Assembly (NCBI GenBank): GCA_004431415.1 | Contig: QPMI01000267.1 | Coordinates: 1 to 64,000, forward strand | DNA length: 64,000 nt | Source of the DNA: Cyanophora paradoxa CCMP329 | Taxonomy: Eukaryota; Plantae; Glaucophyta | Reading direction: 5' to 3' | In this document: positions 37,627-50,525 of the stretch, piece by piece | How positions within the stretch are numbered: the first letter of the stretch is position 1 | Layout of the letters: each line of letters starts with the position of its first letter | Made by a program: the position numbers and the translations under genes | Notes under the pieces: model-generated | Databases searched by the model: none | Told to the model about the DNA's origin: nothing | Seen by the model: only the letters and a program-made list of their open reading frames with translations

Positions 37627-39804
37627 ATGAACTACCAAAACTTCACCGTCCTGATTACCGGTGAGCGCCCCTGCTCCGAGGCTCAGCGGCTCTCGTCAAC
37701 GTAATCGCTCTCCCGAGCACCCCGTCCCGGAATATGAATGCGGGCTCTCTCTGACTTTCACGCGGAGGCGCTGGTTCGGGGATCGGCCGCTCGTTGGCGT
37801 CGTGCTTCGCCGAGCGGGGCGCGAACGTCGTACTGGTCGACCGCACCCAGCGCGAGCTTGAGAACTGGTGCGCTCTCCCGTGGGGCGCGTGAAATCATGA
37901 GCGGCGCTCAAGCGCGTACCTCGGAAAATTTACGCAGTGCGCGGGAGTGCAAGGAGAAGTACGGCGTGCGCCCGTACCGCTTTCGCTTTTACTGGCTTAA
38001 TCTCGCGGCTGATATTTTGCTCCCGACTCGCCCGCCGCGCCCGCGCGCTGCCGGTTCAGGACCGACTGATCCACTTCGTCTCCGACCTCACGCGCGTCGA
38101 GGATCTCCAGCGCCTCGTCGGCGAGACCGTGAACCGGTTCGGCGGAATTGATGTGCGCCGCCAGCCGAGAGCTCGAATTCGATTGTTCGCAGCCCACGAT
38201 ATATATTTATATAATTAAGCGCTGACTGCCTGTCGATGCGTACAGGTCCTCATTAACAACGCTGTGCGCACAGTTGCAGCACCTGCATGCGCAGCCTCGA
38301 GCTCTGAATTCAACCGAATTAATATCCCGCGGGCCCAATCATTGAATATCCCGCACGATCAAGCCCTTGAAGCTCAATTATAAGCTGACCATCCCCCGCG
38401 CGCGCTTTTGTGCAGGGCGTTCTCGATGGCAACAAGCGCGCACAGGAGGCAAACCTTGCCGAGTGGGAGTACTGCATGGTACGTGCGAAACTGTCCAATC
38501 GATGTCTACAATTTAGCAAATCGCTTTCGCGGCCGCGGACCGGATTGTAAGAATCATTTCGTTTTCAGGACGTGAACCTCCGTGCCCCGATGCACCGTGC
38601 GCATATATATATGCATGCGCCCCCGTGCTCCGCCACGCCATTTGAAATTGCGGCCTGTAATTATAATGAGCGCAACTGATTGCCGCATGCACATGTATGC
38701 GCAGTTACTCGCCTCGCGCTTGGTAAATTCCCAATCTACATTTAATTATAGCCGCCGGGCCGCGCTGGTTCAGTTAACGCTTAACTCGCGCAGAGAACAT
38801 GATTCAGCGGCGCGACCCGAACCGGCCGAAGGCCATCGTCTTCATGGTGCGAAAGTTTTGAATTTAAATCCCCGTGGGCGCGGCTGCATTTCACGATCAC
38901 TTTCATCTGCTGATCACGATCACGGTACCGGTGGTGCGGGGCTGCAGACGGGCGGCTACGCGAAGGAGTCGCAGGCGCGGATGGCGGCGTACACGGCGAC
39001 GAAGCACGGCCTGCGCGGCTTCGCCGGCTCCCTCTTCGAAGACGTCCGCGACCACGGTCCGCCGCCCCCGCCAGCGCCAGCCCCGGTTCCGCCCACGCCG
39101 CCCGCGCCCGGCCCTTAAGCTTGCTCCGATCCGCCATATATATGCATCGAGCCGTGATTGATCGAGATTGCGATTCGACCGCATTCGGGGCGTACGCGCA
39201 GGCATCAAGGTCATCCAAATCTCGCCGGTGAGCCCAAATTAAATTGAACCGCGCTTAACTCCGCCAACAAGCGCGGATCGCGATCGGACCGTCGGACGGG
39301 TGGCAGGGGTACACGGCGACGAAGATGACGGAGGAGGTGTTGAGCCGGACGGGGGGGCAGCGCTACGATGAGTCCCGCCTCGTGCGCCTCGCCGTCCCTC
39401 CTGATCATGAAGACCTACGCCCAGGCCTAGGGCCCCGGCCCCGGCCTGCATCTAGATCTGGCCCGGCCCTGGCCATAGGGCCGGGCCGCTGCACGGGCCG
39501 GGGCGGCCGCGGGGACTGTAGCTGTTTGTATATAATTATTTATGATCTCACCGACGCTTTTCCCTCCGCAGCTGTCCCCGAGCGACATTGCCCGCACGAT
39601 TTGCTTCGCCGTGAGCATTTTGCTTCGTAGCTATATAGCTATATATATATGTATAGATCGAACTCCATATCTTAAATTTGCTTACCGAATCCTGACTGGC
39701 CACGGTTTCGGGCCGGTGCCTCGGGTCCGCAGATTGAGCAGCCGCAAAACGTCTGTGTGACCGACATCGTGATCCGCGGCCAGCTGCCGCACACCCCATA
39801 CTAG
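37627..39804 (+). CDS. Short-chain dehydrogenase/reductase split into many micro-exons
   Basis: Spliced VLITGAGSGIG, FGGIDVLINNAG, DVNL, AAYTATKHGLRGFAGSL (YxxxK), GIKVIQISPGYTAT and LSPSDIARTI..CVTDIVI. Confidence 0.9.
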
Positions 39805-40324
39805 GCTCCACGGGCCGGCGCCCCGCCGGGCGGCCGCCGGCGCCCGGCGCGCACCTATAGCTGGACCCCTTGGCGACCCGTAATGTCAGTTTTTCGCGGG
39901 GGCCGCGCCTCCGGTTTACAATTTGCAATATTAATTGCAATTTTGCTGCTGTCGACGTCGACGTCGATCCGATGATCAACCCATGGTCATGATCAATGCG
40001 CATGCGCGTATACGTACATTCAAGATCATGATCAATTATACGTACATGGGCACTATATATATAGCTAAAGGTTTTCGCACTTCGAACTCGCGAATTTTGC
40101 AGCTGGGGGGAGAAAACAGGGGGGTAGAGGTCACTGGAGCTCCTCGTCGCGCATCGATCAACGTGTGATGAGAAGCCGCTGAGCTAGCGTGCGGATCCGG
40201 AAGCACAGCGAGCGGAAGCCAGGGAGACCGACGTCGAAGCGCGGAAGCCCGGCCTGAGCCCGACCTGAGATCTGCCAACAGCTCCAGCCACGTACCAGCG
40301 CTCCAGCCACGCACGTTCGCTAGC

Positions 40325-42186
40325 ATGGCATACGGGACCGACGTGCGTCACCCAACGCTGGGCTGTGGCGGCGTGGCTGACGCGCGCACCGCAGACGCTC
40401 TTCTCCGTGTCGCGAGCGATACCGGTGACGCGCCAGGCGCTCCAGAACCTCTCCGTGCTCGACGAGGACACGCGGTTCCAGCTCTCCAGGGCGACCACGG
40501 AGGCGGTGCAGCTCCTGCGGCGCGTGCTCGCCTCCTCCGGCCCGAGTTGCAATTACATCGAACTCGACTTCGAGGGTGCGCTTTGGGTGCTGCTTCTGCT
40601 GGTGGTCGCGCCTCCGACGGGCCGCTCTCCAGGGAACTCGGAGCACGCGCAGGCGGTGTGCGAGGCAGCGGCGTTGATGCGGCACGCGCGGGCGCTCAAG
40701 CTGTGCGAGGTGTCGCTGGCGGCGTCGGCGCTGGCGGCGGCGTTGGGCGGGGCGGCGACGAGCCTCTTCCTGTACCGGGTGGCGGTGGCGGGGGAGGGCC
40801 AGGCCGAGCTCCTCGCCCGCCTCGACGAGATCCAGGTCGAGACCCTCTCCCTCCAGGAGTCCGACTGCCCCGTAGCCCTCTCTGGCGCGCCCCCGCCCCC
40901 CGCCCGCCCGCCCCGCAGCCCCGTGCGATCTCCGCCCCGCAGGGCGCCGCCAGAAGGAGCCATCCGAGTCGTGGTTCGGGCAGCTGGTGGGGCGCGGCGC
41001 GGCGGTGGCGCGCAAGCTCGTGGTGAAGAACTGCAAGGGCCTCACGGACGGGGCGGTCCGGGCGCTTGCGGGGGTCCTGCGCGGCCCGCACCGCCTTGAG
41101 GAGGTGCACCTGTCGGGGGCCCCCGGCGTCTCCTCCGCGGCCTGGGCGGACCTTCAGCACGCCGTCGCCGCCCTCCGCGGCGCCGGCCACCGGCCCCCGC
41201 CCCCGGAGATCCGGTCCGCACGCGCAGCGCCCTCCTGGGGTCCGCGCTGACGGCTGCGGGGGCCAGGGTGGAGGGGCGGCGCCTCGAGGAGGGCACCGCG
41301 CTGCCCCCCGCCGGTCCCAGCAAGCGCCCGCGCTCCTCCCTCGAGGGCGCCGACCCGCACGAGGACTCCGACGGCACCAGCGCCCCCGCCGCCGCCCGGG
41401 CCCCGCCCCGGCCCCGCCCCACCCCCGCCCCGCGCGGCCCCACCCCGCCCCCGGAGGCACCGGCCGGCTCTTCGTCAGCCCCCGTGCCGTCCGCGGGCCC
41501 CTCGGCCACTCGCAAAGCCGCCACTACGCCAGTCGCCGGTGCGTCTCGCGCTCGAAAGGGCCTGCCAGCCGCTGAGGCCCCGCAGACGAACGTGTGCCGG
41601 CTGCTCCTCCGCCAACGGCCGCCGAGCAGCCGAGCGGGCAGGGCGAAGAAAGCCCCGCAGGGAAGGGGGCCGGCGGGAGGCGCCTACCCCCGGCCGACGC
41701 AGGAAGTCACGCGCAGACCGAGCCCCGTAAGGCGCGGCGGGCGGGGGCGCCGGAGCAGCGGCAACGGGCGCGGGGCGGGGGGGCGATGATGCTGCTGGCG
41801 GAGGCGGTGTGCGCGGAGCGGGGCGGGAGCGAGGCGAGCGCCTCAAGCAGCGACGACGAGGAGGGGCCGCAGGGGACCCTCCTCTGGCTCCGCCGCCTCC
41901 ACTCCGATGCCCCGCCTGTGCCCCTCTGGCTGCCCCTCCGCGGCGAGGGCGCCGCCGCCGCCGCCACCCTCCCCGCCCTCCTCGGTCCGCCGGCCCCGCC
42001 CCGCACGCCGGCCCCGCGCTGAGGGGGCCGGGCGCTGCAGCGGCGGCAAGCGCGCTCTTCGAGGAGAAGGTGGTGGAGCTCTGGGACGCGCGCCTGAACG
42101 GGGTGCAGAGCGCGACGGACGCCCTCGCCGCCCCGCCCGGCACCGCCTTCTACGCCGCCACCCCCCGCGACCTCGCCTCCCACTAG
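40325..42186 (+). CDS. Uncharacterised protein with an RNI/LRR-like region and a low-complexity C-terminus
   Basis: IQVETLSLQESD, RKLVVKNCKGLTDGAVRALAGVL...LEEVHLSG. C-terminus ...TPRDLASH*. Start exon MAYGTD is inferred. Confidence 0.55.
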
Positions 42187-42471
42187 CACCAGTACCCTCC
42201 CGCCCCCTGTTCCCGCCCATCCCTTCGTTCGCGATTGGGGCTCTGTAACTCGCTGCATTTTGTTTCAAGACTTCTCTTTGAAACGTGCAACTCTCCCCCC
42301 AGAGAATCTTTTCGAATGCATGTGCCCCGCGCCCCAGAGAGAGGGCCCCAGCATTCAGCACTCGCGCGCCGCAGTCCTTGCAATTGTGCTCTTGAATGTA
42401 CACTGCAGCTGCCTTGAGCTCCGGTACAGCGGCGCGTGCGCACGGTGAATGTACAGCGGGCGGCCGGGCCC

Positions 42472-45400
42472 TCAGCTGCCCCAGGTGGAGCCGTAGTAGG
42501 GAGACGGCGAGGGCGCCGAGTACGAGTCCGAGTAGGGCAGCGGGCTGAATGGCATGCCCGTGTAGGGGGACCACATGGAGGAGGTGGGGAGCGCCGGGCT
42601 CGCCGGCGGGGCGCTCGCGGTGTAGGCGCTGGTGGAGGAGGCCGGGGCGCTGTGCGCCGAGTACGAGCCCGTGCCGGCGGTGAAGGTCGCCTGCGCCTGC
42701 GGGTTGTACGAGCTGGCAGCGTGGCTGCCAGCCGCCGCCGCCGCCGCCGCCGTCGAGCCGGCTGCGGTCGCAGTCGAGCCGGCCGCCGCCGCCGAGGCGA
42801 GGGCAGAGGGCTGGAGGAAGGTCGGGACGGCGCCCTGCGAGTACGAGGCCTGCGCGCTGGAGCTCCCGCGCTGGGCGGACGCCGAGGAGGCCGAGGCCGG
42901 CGCCGAGCTCTGCCGCGAGCTGCTGGGCGCCGGGGGCGGCAGGAAGGTCGGCACGTTGTCCCGCGACTCTTGCGTGGCCCCCGTGTAGCCCGAGTAGCTC
43001 GCCGCCGCCCCCGCCGAGGAGGCGTACGTGCTCGACGAGGAGCGCGTGTCGACCCGCTCCCGCTGCGAGCCCGAGCTGCCCGACTGGCTCTGCTGAGCCC
43101 GCGACTGCGGCTGCGAGTAGGCTGCCGCCGCCTGCGAGTAGGCCGCCTGCGCCGTCTGCGTGTAGGCCTGCGCCGCCTGCGCCGCCTGCGAGTAGGCCGA
43201 CTGCGGCTGCGTGTACGTCGTCTGCGCCGCCTGCGAGTAGGCCGACTGGGCCGTCGGCGCCGCCTGCGAGTAGCCGGCCTGCGCCGCTTGCGAGTAGGCG
43301 GACTGGGCCGTCTGGGCGGCCTGCGTGTAGGCGGACTGCGCCGCCTGCGCCTGCGAGTAGGCGGACTGGTCGGCCTGCGAGTAGGCGGACTGCGTGGCCT
43401 GGGCGGCCTGCGTGTAGGCCTGCGAGGCGGTCTGCGCGCGGCTCGACGAGGACGAGACGCCCGAGGCGGAGCTGCCCGCCCCGGAGGCCCCCACGCTCGA
43501 GAGACCCGCCCCCGTGGCCGGCAGGCTTGTCCCCGAGACGCCGGCGCCGGAGCCGCTCGAGGAGGAGAGGCCGATGGCCGGGAGGGCGCTCTGGGCCTGC
43601 ACAGGAGCAGCCGGCGCGGCCTGCGGGAGCTGGAGCTGCTGGGCCTGCTGCTGGTAGGCGGCCTGCTGCTGGTAGGCGTACGCCTGCTGCATCTGCTGCT
43701 GCATGTATTGCTGCTGCATCATCAGCTGCTGCATCTGCTGCATCTGCATCTGGTACGCCGCCTCCAGACCCCCCGCCGCCGCCCCCGCCGGGTACCCCGC
43801 CGCCGCCGCCGCCGCCATCGCCGCGGAGGCCGCCGCAGCCGTGGCCGGGTCCTGCGGCACCTCTTCCGCCGCCGCCTCTTCCTCCTCCTCTTCTCCCCGC
43901 GCGGCCGCCTGCCCTCCGCTGGACCGGTTCCGCGTCCGGCCTCGCGACTCGCTCCGGCCACTCGCGCGGCCGGCACCCGACTCGGCTGCGCCTGCAGCCC
44001 GACCAGCCGATCCGCGCCCGGCCGCTCCTTGAGCGCCTGCCGTGGCCGCCGAAGCACGTGGCGCGGTGGCGGCAGCGCCGGCGGCGGAGCGCGCTCCAGC
44101 GGAGGCGGCGCTGGGGCGGCCGGCGGAAGAGGCCCGGGAGGCGGGCGGCTGCGGCGTCCCCGTGGCGCTCGATGCGCGCGATCCGGCTGCCGCTGCTGCA
44201 CCCGTCGCCTTGCTCGTCACTCGCACCGCTGTTCCCGTTGCACTCGTTGCCACAGCTGCCACCGGAGCCGGCGGGAGCGGCGGGGCAGCGGGGGTGGCGG
44301 AGCCAGCATTGCGGCGACGCGGGCTGCGCGGCGAGCAGCAGGCGTGGCCGGCGTAGCGGCGGGCGCCGGCGCGGCGGCTGCGGAGGCGGCTGCGGGGCGG
44401 CTGCGGGGGCGGCTGCGGGTGCGGCTGCGGGGCTGCCTGGGGGCCAGCTGCGGGCGCTGCGGGCGCGGCGCCTGCCGCCGGAGCGTCCTTCGTCCTCCGC
44501 TTCCGCTTCTTTGACGCCGTCGGGGCGCCCTCGCTGCCCGCCCCCGCAGCCGCCGAAGCAGACGCGGCGGCGGCGGCGGCGGCCGGAGCGGCGGCGGCAG
44601 TGGCCCGCGCGGCCGGAGCGGCCGAAGAGGAGGAAGCCGCCGGCGCAGAGGCCGCCGCCGGAGCGGCGGGGCTGGGGCGGCGGGGCGTCAGCGGAGGCGC
44701 CGGGGTGTCGGCCTTGGCCTTGCCGCGGGGCTTGCGGGGCGTGTGGACGGGCTCCTTGCCGCCGGCGAGGGAGCCGTCCATGACGCAGCGCACGGCGCGG
44801 TTGCCCCGAAGGCAGAGCTCCAGCTGCCCGTTGCGTGAGGCCGGCGGCGGGGGCGGCGGGGCGGGCGGGGGCGCACGAGGAGCTCGTAGAGGATGCAGTT
44901 GGTGGGCCCCAGCTCGCGCTCCGGGGCGTAGCGCTCCCCCGAGAAGGCCTCCAGCAGGTCCAGCGCCTGGCCTGCGCCCCGGCCCCCCGCTCGGCCCCCG
45001 CGGTGGCGGGGCGGGGCGGCGGGCGGCGCTGCGCGGGCACCGAAGAGGTCGTCGTCGGAAATGATGCGCATGACCTCCACCACGGCCGCCACCCGCTCCT
45101 TCGCCGCCCTGCCGCCACCGCCGTCGTCACCTTGGCCCCGCAAGCGCGGCGACGGGGGGTGGCCCCTGGCGGGCCGACGCACTCCTTGCGGGCGACCTGA
45201 GTGCCCTTCTTGAGGGGCTTGACGGGGAGGTTGCGGAGGAGGGGGAAGCGCTCCGTCGTGCGCTCCGTCTGCGAGAGCTGGATCTTCGCCTCGCGCGCCG
45301 CCGCCCGCGCCTCCTGCGCCTGCTTTTCCGCCAGCTGCGCCGCCGGCGTCGGCCCCGGCGCCGCCGCTGCGCGCCCCGGCACTGCGGACCTCGCAGGACT

Positions 45401-48400
45401 GCTTCGCGCGCATGAGCTCGCTGAGGCAGTGGCTCCGCGTGCGCTCCACCTGCGCGGCCGCTCAGGGCGGGGGAGGAGGGCGGGGGGCGGGGCGGGGCGG
45501 GCCTCGGCGAGGAGGGAGGCGCGGACGCGGGACTCGGCGGTGGCGAGCGACTCGCGGGCCGAGGCGAGCTCCCCGTTCAGCCGCTCCAGCTCCGCCGTCA
45601 GCCGCTGCACGTCCCGCGGCGGCGCAGGCCCCTGGCTCGCCCCCGCCCCGCTCCCCGCGGCCCCGCCACCGGCGCCCCCGCCGCTGCCGCTCGCCTCGAG
45701 GACCGCGATGCGGTCGTGCAGACGGAGGAGGAGTCCTTCGGCGTCCCGCAGCTTCGTCTGCGCCGCCTCCGCCTCCGCCCGCCAATGGCGCACCTCCGCC
45801 TCCTTGGCGCCGGCCTGGGCGGCGGCGACGGCGCGGCCCTCCTCCATGTCGGCCGTCCGCTTCCGCACCTCTTCCAGCTCCGCCGCCGTCTTGGCCAGCT
45901 CCGCCCGCAGCTGCTCGACGAGCTCGGCGCTCGGGGGCTCGCCCGGGGTGACGCCCTGGGCGGGCCCGAGGAGCTTCTGCTTGCGCTTCTTGCGCTCCGC
46001 CTCGAGGAGCTTCTCGGTGTCCTTGAGCTTGTTGCGGAGGAAGGCGATGGTGGAGTCGCGGCCGTCGGCGCCGGGCGCCGCCGGCGCGGGGGCCCCCGGG
46101 CCGCTGCTGCCGCGCAGCGAGGCCTCGTGGGAGCGCTCCTCGCTGGAGAGCTTCTCCCGTAGGTACGCGATCAGGGCGTCCCGCGTGTCCTCCGCCGGGC
46201 CCAGGCTCTCCCCGCCCCCCAGCCCCGCCAGAGGGCCCGGGCCCCCCAGGTACCCCGCCAGCTCCTGGCCCTGCCCTCCCGAGCCGGAGCCGGCGCCGCG
46301 GCCCGGCGCCCCCGCCGAAGACGAGGAGCCGGCGCGGGGGTTGCTGGAGGCACCACCGGGTCCGGGGAGCCAGACTGTGGCCGACGTCGAGAGCGCCACG
46401 CTCCCGCGGGCGGCGGCGGCGGCGGCGGCGGCGCCCCCGGTGGGGACGGGGAGGGAGAGGGAGGTGGCGGCCTGCGTCAGGGCGATGCCGCGGGCGGCGG
46501 CGCTGCCGGCGGGGGCGGCGCCAATGCCGCCGGGGGCCGGGAGGGAGATGGTGGCCGAGGGCGGCGCGAGCGGGATCGCCCGCGCCGCCGACGGCCTTGA
46601 TGAGGCCGGCACGGGGAGGACGATCGGCCCGCCCACGGGCCCCGTGCTCGACGGGGCGCCCAGGATGAGCCCGCCCGTCGTGCCCCCCCCGGGGGCCCCC
46701 GAGAGCGACCCGGGGTCCCCGGGGGCCGCCAAGGAGATGGAGCCTCCGGAGACGGGGAGCGGGAAGGAGGAGCCCGGGGCGGTGGCGACGCCGCGGCCCC
46801 CGGCGGACGGCGGAAGGGCGAAGCCGCCGGCGCCGCGACCCACCGACAGGGGGACCACACCCCGACCGTACCCGTACCCGGGGCCGGGCGCCGGGCTCGT
46901 CGCGAACGGGAACGGCCCCGCGCCGCGGGCCGCTCCCGAGAGGGGCACAGCGCCCGGAAGGGGCACAGGGAACCGAACGGGTACGGCGCCGGGGACAGGC
47001 CGGACGGGGACGGCACCCGGAATCGGGAACCCGCGTCCGCCGACGGGCACGGCGCCTGGCTTGGGGGCGGCGTTCTTGCCTCCCTTGGACGCCGCCTTGG
47101 CGGCCTTCCCCGAGCTCTTGCCCTCGGAAGCCTGCGGCGCGCCGGGGTTAGGCGGCAGGCGCAGGGCCGCCCGGCGCGCGGCGCACCGCGCCCTCCTTGC
47201 GCTTCTTCTTGCCCTCCTTCTGGTTGGGGCGACGGAGCTTGTCGCGGTTGGCGCGCGAGGCGAGCGGGGCCTTCCGCCGCTTCTTGGCGCCGCCTCCGGC
47301 CTCCGAGGAGCTGGAGCTGGAGCTGCTCGCCCCCTCTTCCTCGGCGGAGGAGTAGGAGGAGGCGGACGAGGAGGAGTCTGCCTTCTTCTTCTTCGACTTG
47401 CGCCGGTTCCTGGCCGCCGGCTTGGACGCGCTCGCCCCGTCGCCCGTCTTCTGGCGCTTGGCGGCAGGCTTGGAGGGCGTCGACGTGCGCTTGGACCGCA
47501 ACCTCGACGACGGGCCCGCCGGCGACTTGCCGGCAGCGCCGCCCTCCTCTCCCCCGCCTGCCCCCTCCTTCTCTGCATCCTTGCCTCCGCCCGCTTCAGC
47601 ACCCGTCCCGTCGCCGATCGGACCCGTACCGCCCGCTGCTGCGACCTCTCCATCCTCCGAAGCGTTCGGGACTTCCCGGATGTCAACACTCGGCTGCTCC
47701 GCCGCCGCTGATTCCGTGGCGCCCGAAGCTGCGCTCTCCTCCATCGCATCGGCGCCCTCGGCAGCGGCATCGCCCGCTGCACCAGCCTCCTCCGCTGCCA
47801 CAGGCTCTGCCGACGCCTTCGCTGATTCGCGCGCGTCCGTTGTCTCCTCCGTCGCATCGGCGCTCTCAGCTGCGGCATCGTCGGCGGCATCGCCCGCTGC
47901 ACCAGCCTCCTCCGCTGCCGCAGGCTCTGCCGACACCCCCGCTGATTCGCGCGCGTCCGTTGCCTCCTCCATCGCATCGGCGCCCTCAGCTGCGGCATCG
48001 TCGGCGGCATCGCCCGCTGCACCAGCCTCCTCCGCTGCCGCAGGCTCTGCCGACGCCTCCGCTGATTCGCGCGCGTCCGTTGCCTCCTCCATCGCATCGG
48101 CGCCCTCAGCTGCGGCATCGTCGGCGGCATCGCCCGCTGCACCAACCTCCTCCGCTGCCGCAGGCTCTGCCGACGCCCCCGCTGATTCGCGCGCGTCCGT
48201 TGCCTCCTCCATCGCATCGGCGCCCTCAGCTGCGGCATCGTCGGCGGCATCGCCCGCTGCACCAACCTCCTCCGCTGCCGCAGGCTCTGCCGACGCCCCC
48301 GCTGATTCGCGCGCGTCCGTTGTCTCCTCCATCGCATCGGCGCCCTCAGCTGCGGCATCGTCGGCGGCATCGCCCGCTGCACCAGCCTCCTCCGCTGCCG

Positions 48401-49123
48401 CAGGCTCTGCCGACGTCTCCGCTGATTCGCGCGCGTCCGTTGCCTCCTCCGTCGCATCGGCGCCCTCAGCTGCGGCATCGTCGGCGGCATCGCCCGCTGC
48501 ACCAGCCTCCTCCGCTGCCGCAAGCTCTGCCGACGCCCCCGCTGATTCGCGCGCGTCCGTTGTCTCCTCCACTGCATCGGCGTCTGGAACTGCATCGCCG
48601 GCGGGATCGATCACTGCACCGCTTTCCTGCGCGGCCGCAGGCTGCAGCGGACCTTCTGCAGATGCTTTCACATCCATCTCATCCGTTTCTTCCATCGCGG
48701 CGGTGTCTTCTGTGTCGTCGGCACCTTCAGTCGGATCGTCGACTGCGGTGGTCGCTGTGGTCTCCTCCGCCGCTGCCGGGGCAGGTTCCGGAGCCTCGGA
48801 GCTTTGCATATCGATCGCATCGCCCGGAACGTGTGCTGCCTGTTGAGCTGCTTCGGTTAGACTGCCGGCAGGCCCAGCGTCCGTGTCAGCGTCCAAGGGC
48901 TTCGGGGCATCCTGGGACGATCGTAAGAAGGCAAGATGGCGAGAAAAAGCTTCGAGAAAACGCTGACAGGAGCGGGGTCCGAGTCGGAAAGCTGCCCGGG
49001 CTCCTTATCGAGGATTCCGTCAGAAGTTAGCGGATCTGCGAAGACGCTCGTTTTCAACGTCCGACTTTGAAATCTCTGATGCTATGCACTCGTACCTCCA
49101 GGCTGCTGGCCCTCCTCCGCCAT
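42472..49123 (-). CDS. Giant low-complexity protein: acidic 40-aa repeats, K/S-rich NLS-like patch, G/P/A region, coiled coil, Q/Y/S/A prion-like tail
   Basis: Long exons 47148-48896, about 45500-47130 and about 42472-43900 are joined by short introns. ATG at 49123 (MAEEGQQPG) is inferred. Stop after ...YYGSTWGS. Confidence 0.75.
47737..48585. repeat. 120-bp coding tandem repeat, about 7 copies (DAAAEGADAMEEATDARESAGASAEPAAAEEAGAAGDAAD)
   Basis: GCTGATTCGCGCGCGTCCGTT recurs at 47821, 47941, 48061, 48181, 48301, 48421 and 48541. Confidence 0.95.
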
Positions 49124-49309
49124 CCGCGAACTCGCCCTTGGCAATTAGGATCGTCGGCTCTACTGTGTCGAGCGAAACGTCTCTATCACGTTCAGGATCC
49201 CAATTCGACGTTTTCACGCCGCTGCGGAAAACGAGGCGATCCAGGGACTAGAGCCGGGGGGAAGTGGATTCCCGGGGCTACAGGCTCACCACTGCGTTCG
49301 CCGAGAACG

Positions 49310-50493
49310 ATGGCCGAGGAGCGCGAGGCGAAGCGCGCGCGCGTAGAAAGCTCGTCAGCAACGAGCGACGCACTGAACGTGGACACGAGCGACGAGCGGC
49401 TGCAGCTGATCGACCTCCCGGATGAACTTCTCCTTCGCGTTTTCTCGAGCTGCAGCGCCAACGCAAGCCGCTGTGCTCTCGCGAGGACGTGCAAGAGGCT
49501 GCACCAGCTGTCGAACTTGCCGGAAGCCGGGTGGCGCTATTTGCCGCTGCGCGTCAGCGTCGGGTGCTCTGCCGAGGACGCGTCGACAGCGAAGGCCGAA
49601 TCTGTCCTCGGCGAGAGATTTGAGGGCCGCTTCATGTGCGCGATGCATTTTCTACCGGCTTGTGCGATGTGCAGCCAGCGTACGCACGCACAGGAGCGGG
49701 ACGGAAGCGATCGAGTTTGCCTCCGAGCGGCGCTTCGGCCGCGTCACCACTCTTCGTTTCGTTTTCGCGCGGCGGCGGCCGCGGTCTACATCCGTGCAGG
49801 ATTGCGAGGAGGAGCTGGCTGTTCTCGACAGGTGAGGACGCGAGCGAAGACCTCGAGGAGCTATAGCTAGCGCTAGGCGGCGGCCCGAGTCGCCCGGGGG
49901 CGGCGCAGAGTGCTTGCGGGCGCCTCCTTCGCGGGCGTCGTCACGGACCTCTACCTGTACGTCTACAAGCCCGTGCTCTGCGAGGACGACGCCGGGGAGG
50001 GCGGCGGGGCGGGGGGGCAGGGCTTCTCGGCGATGCGGGAGGTGGAGCCGGGGGCGGACGAGGCAGAGGTTATCGCCCGGCGCCTCCCCAGCCTCCGCTC
50101 CGTGTTCTGCACCGAGGTGCCACCCCGCCCCGCCACCGCCCCCTGCGCACACTGCCGGCCCGAGGCGGCGCACAGGGCGGCCTGCGGACCTTCACGGGGC
50201 TCGCGCTGGGGGGCCTGCGGGGCCTGGAGCAGCTGCTGACGGCGCGCCACCTGCGCTCCTGGCACCTCCTCCTCGCCCTCTTCCCCCGCCTCCACCGCCT
50301 CTCCAACTGCGTCCTCTCGGGGGGCGCCGCCCCCCGCCCCCCGCGCCCCGCGCCCCGCCGACGGGCGCCCGCAGGAACGAGGGCCTCCGCCTCCTCGCCG
50401 CCCCCGACGCGGCGCGGCGCGGGCACGCCGCGGCGCGCCGCCTCTTCTTCGAACCGGCCGTTCTCTTCGCCCTCGGCCCGACCTCGCCGCCCG

Positions 50494-50525
<32 letters not shown>

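Noticed and set aside
41843-48595. 2250-aa ORF and the many other Arg/Pro/Gly/Ala-rich ORFs in the track
   Set aside because: Stop-poor frames caused by ~75% GC. They read through introns and partly in shadow frames; the real proteins emerge only after splicing.
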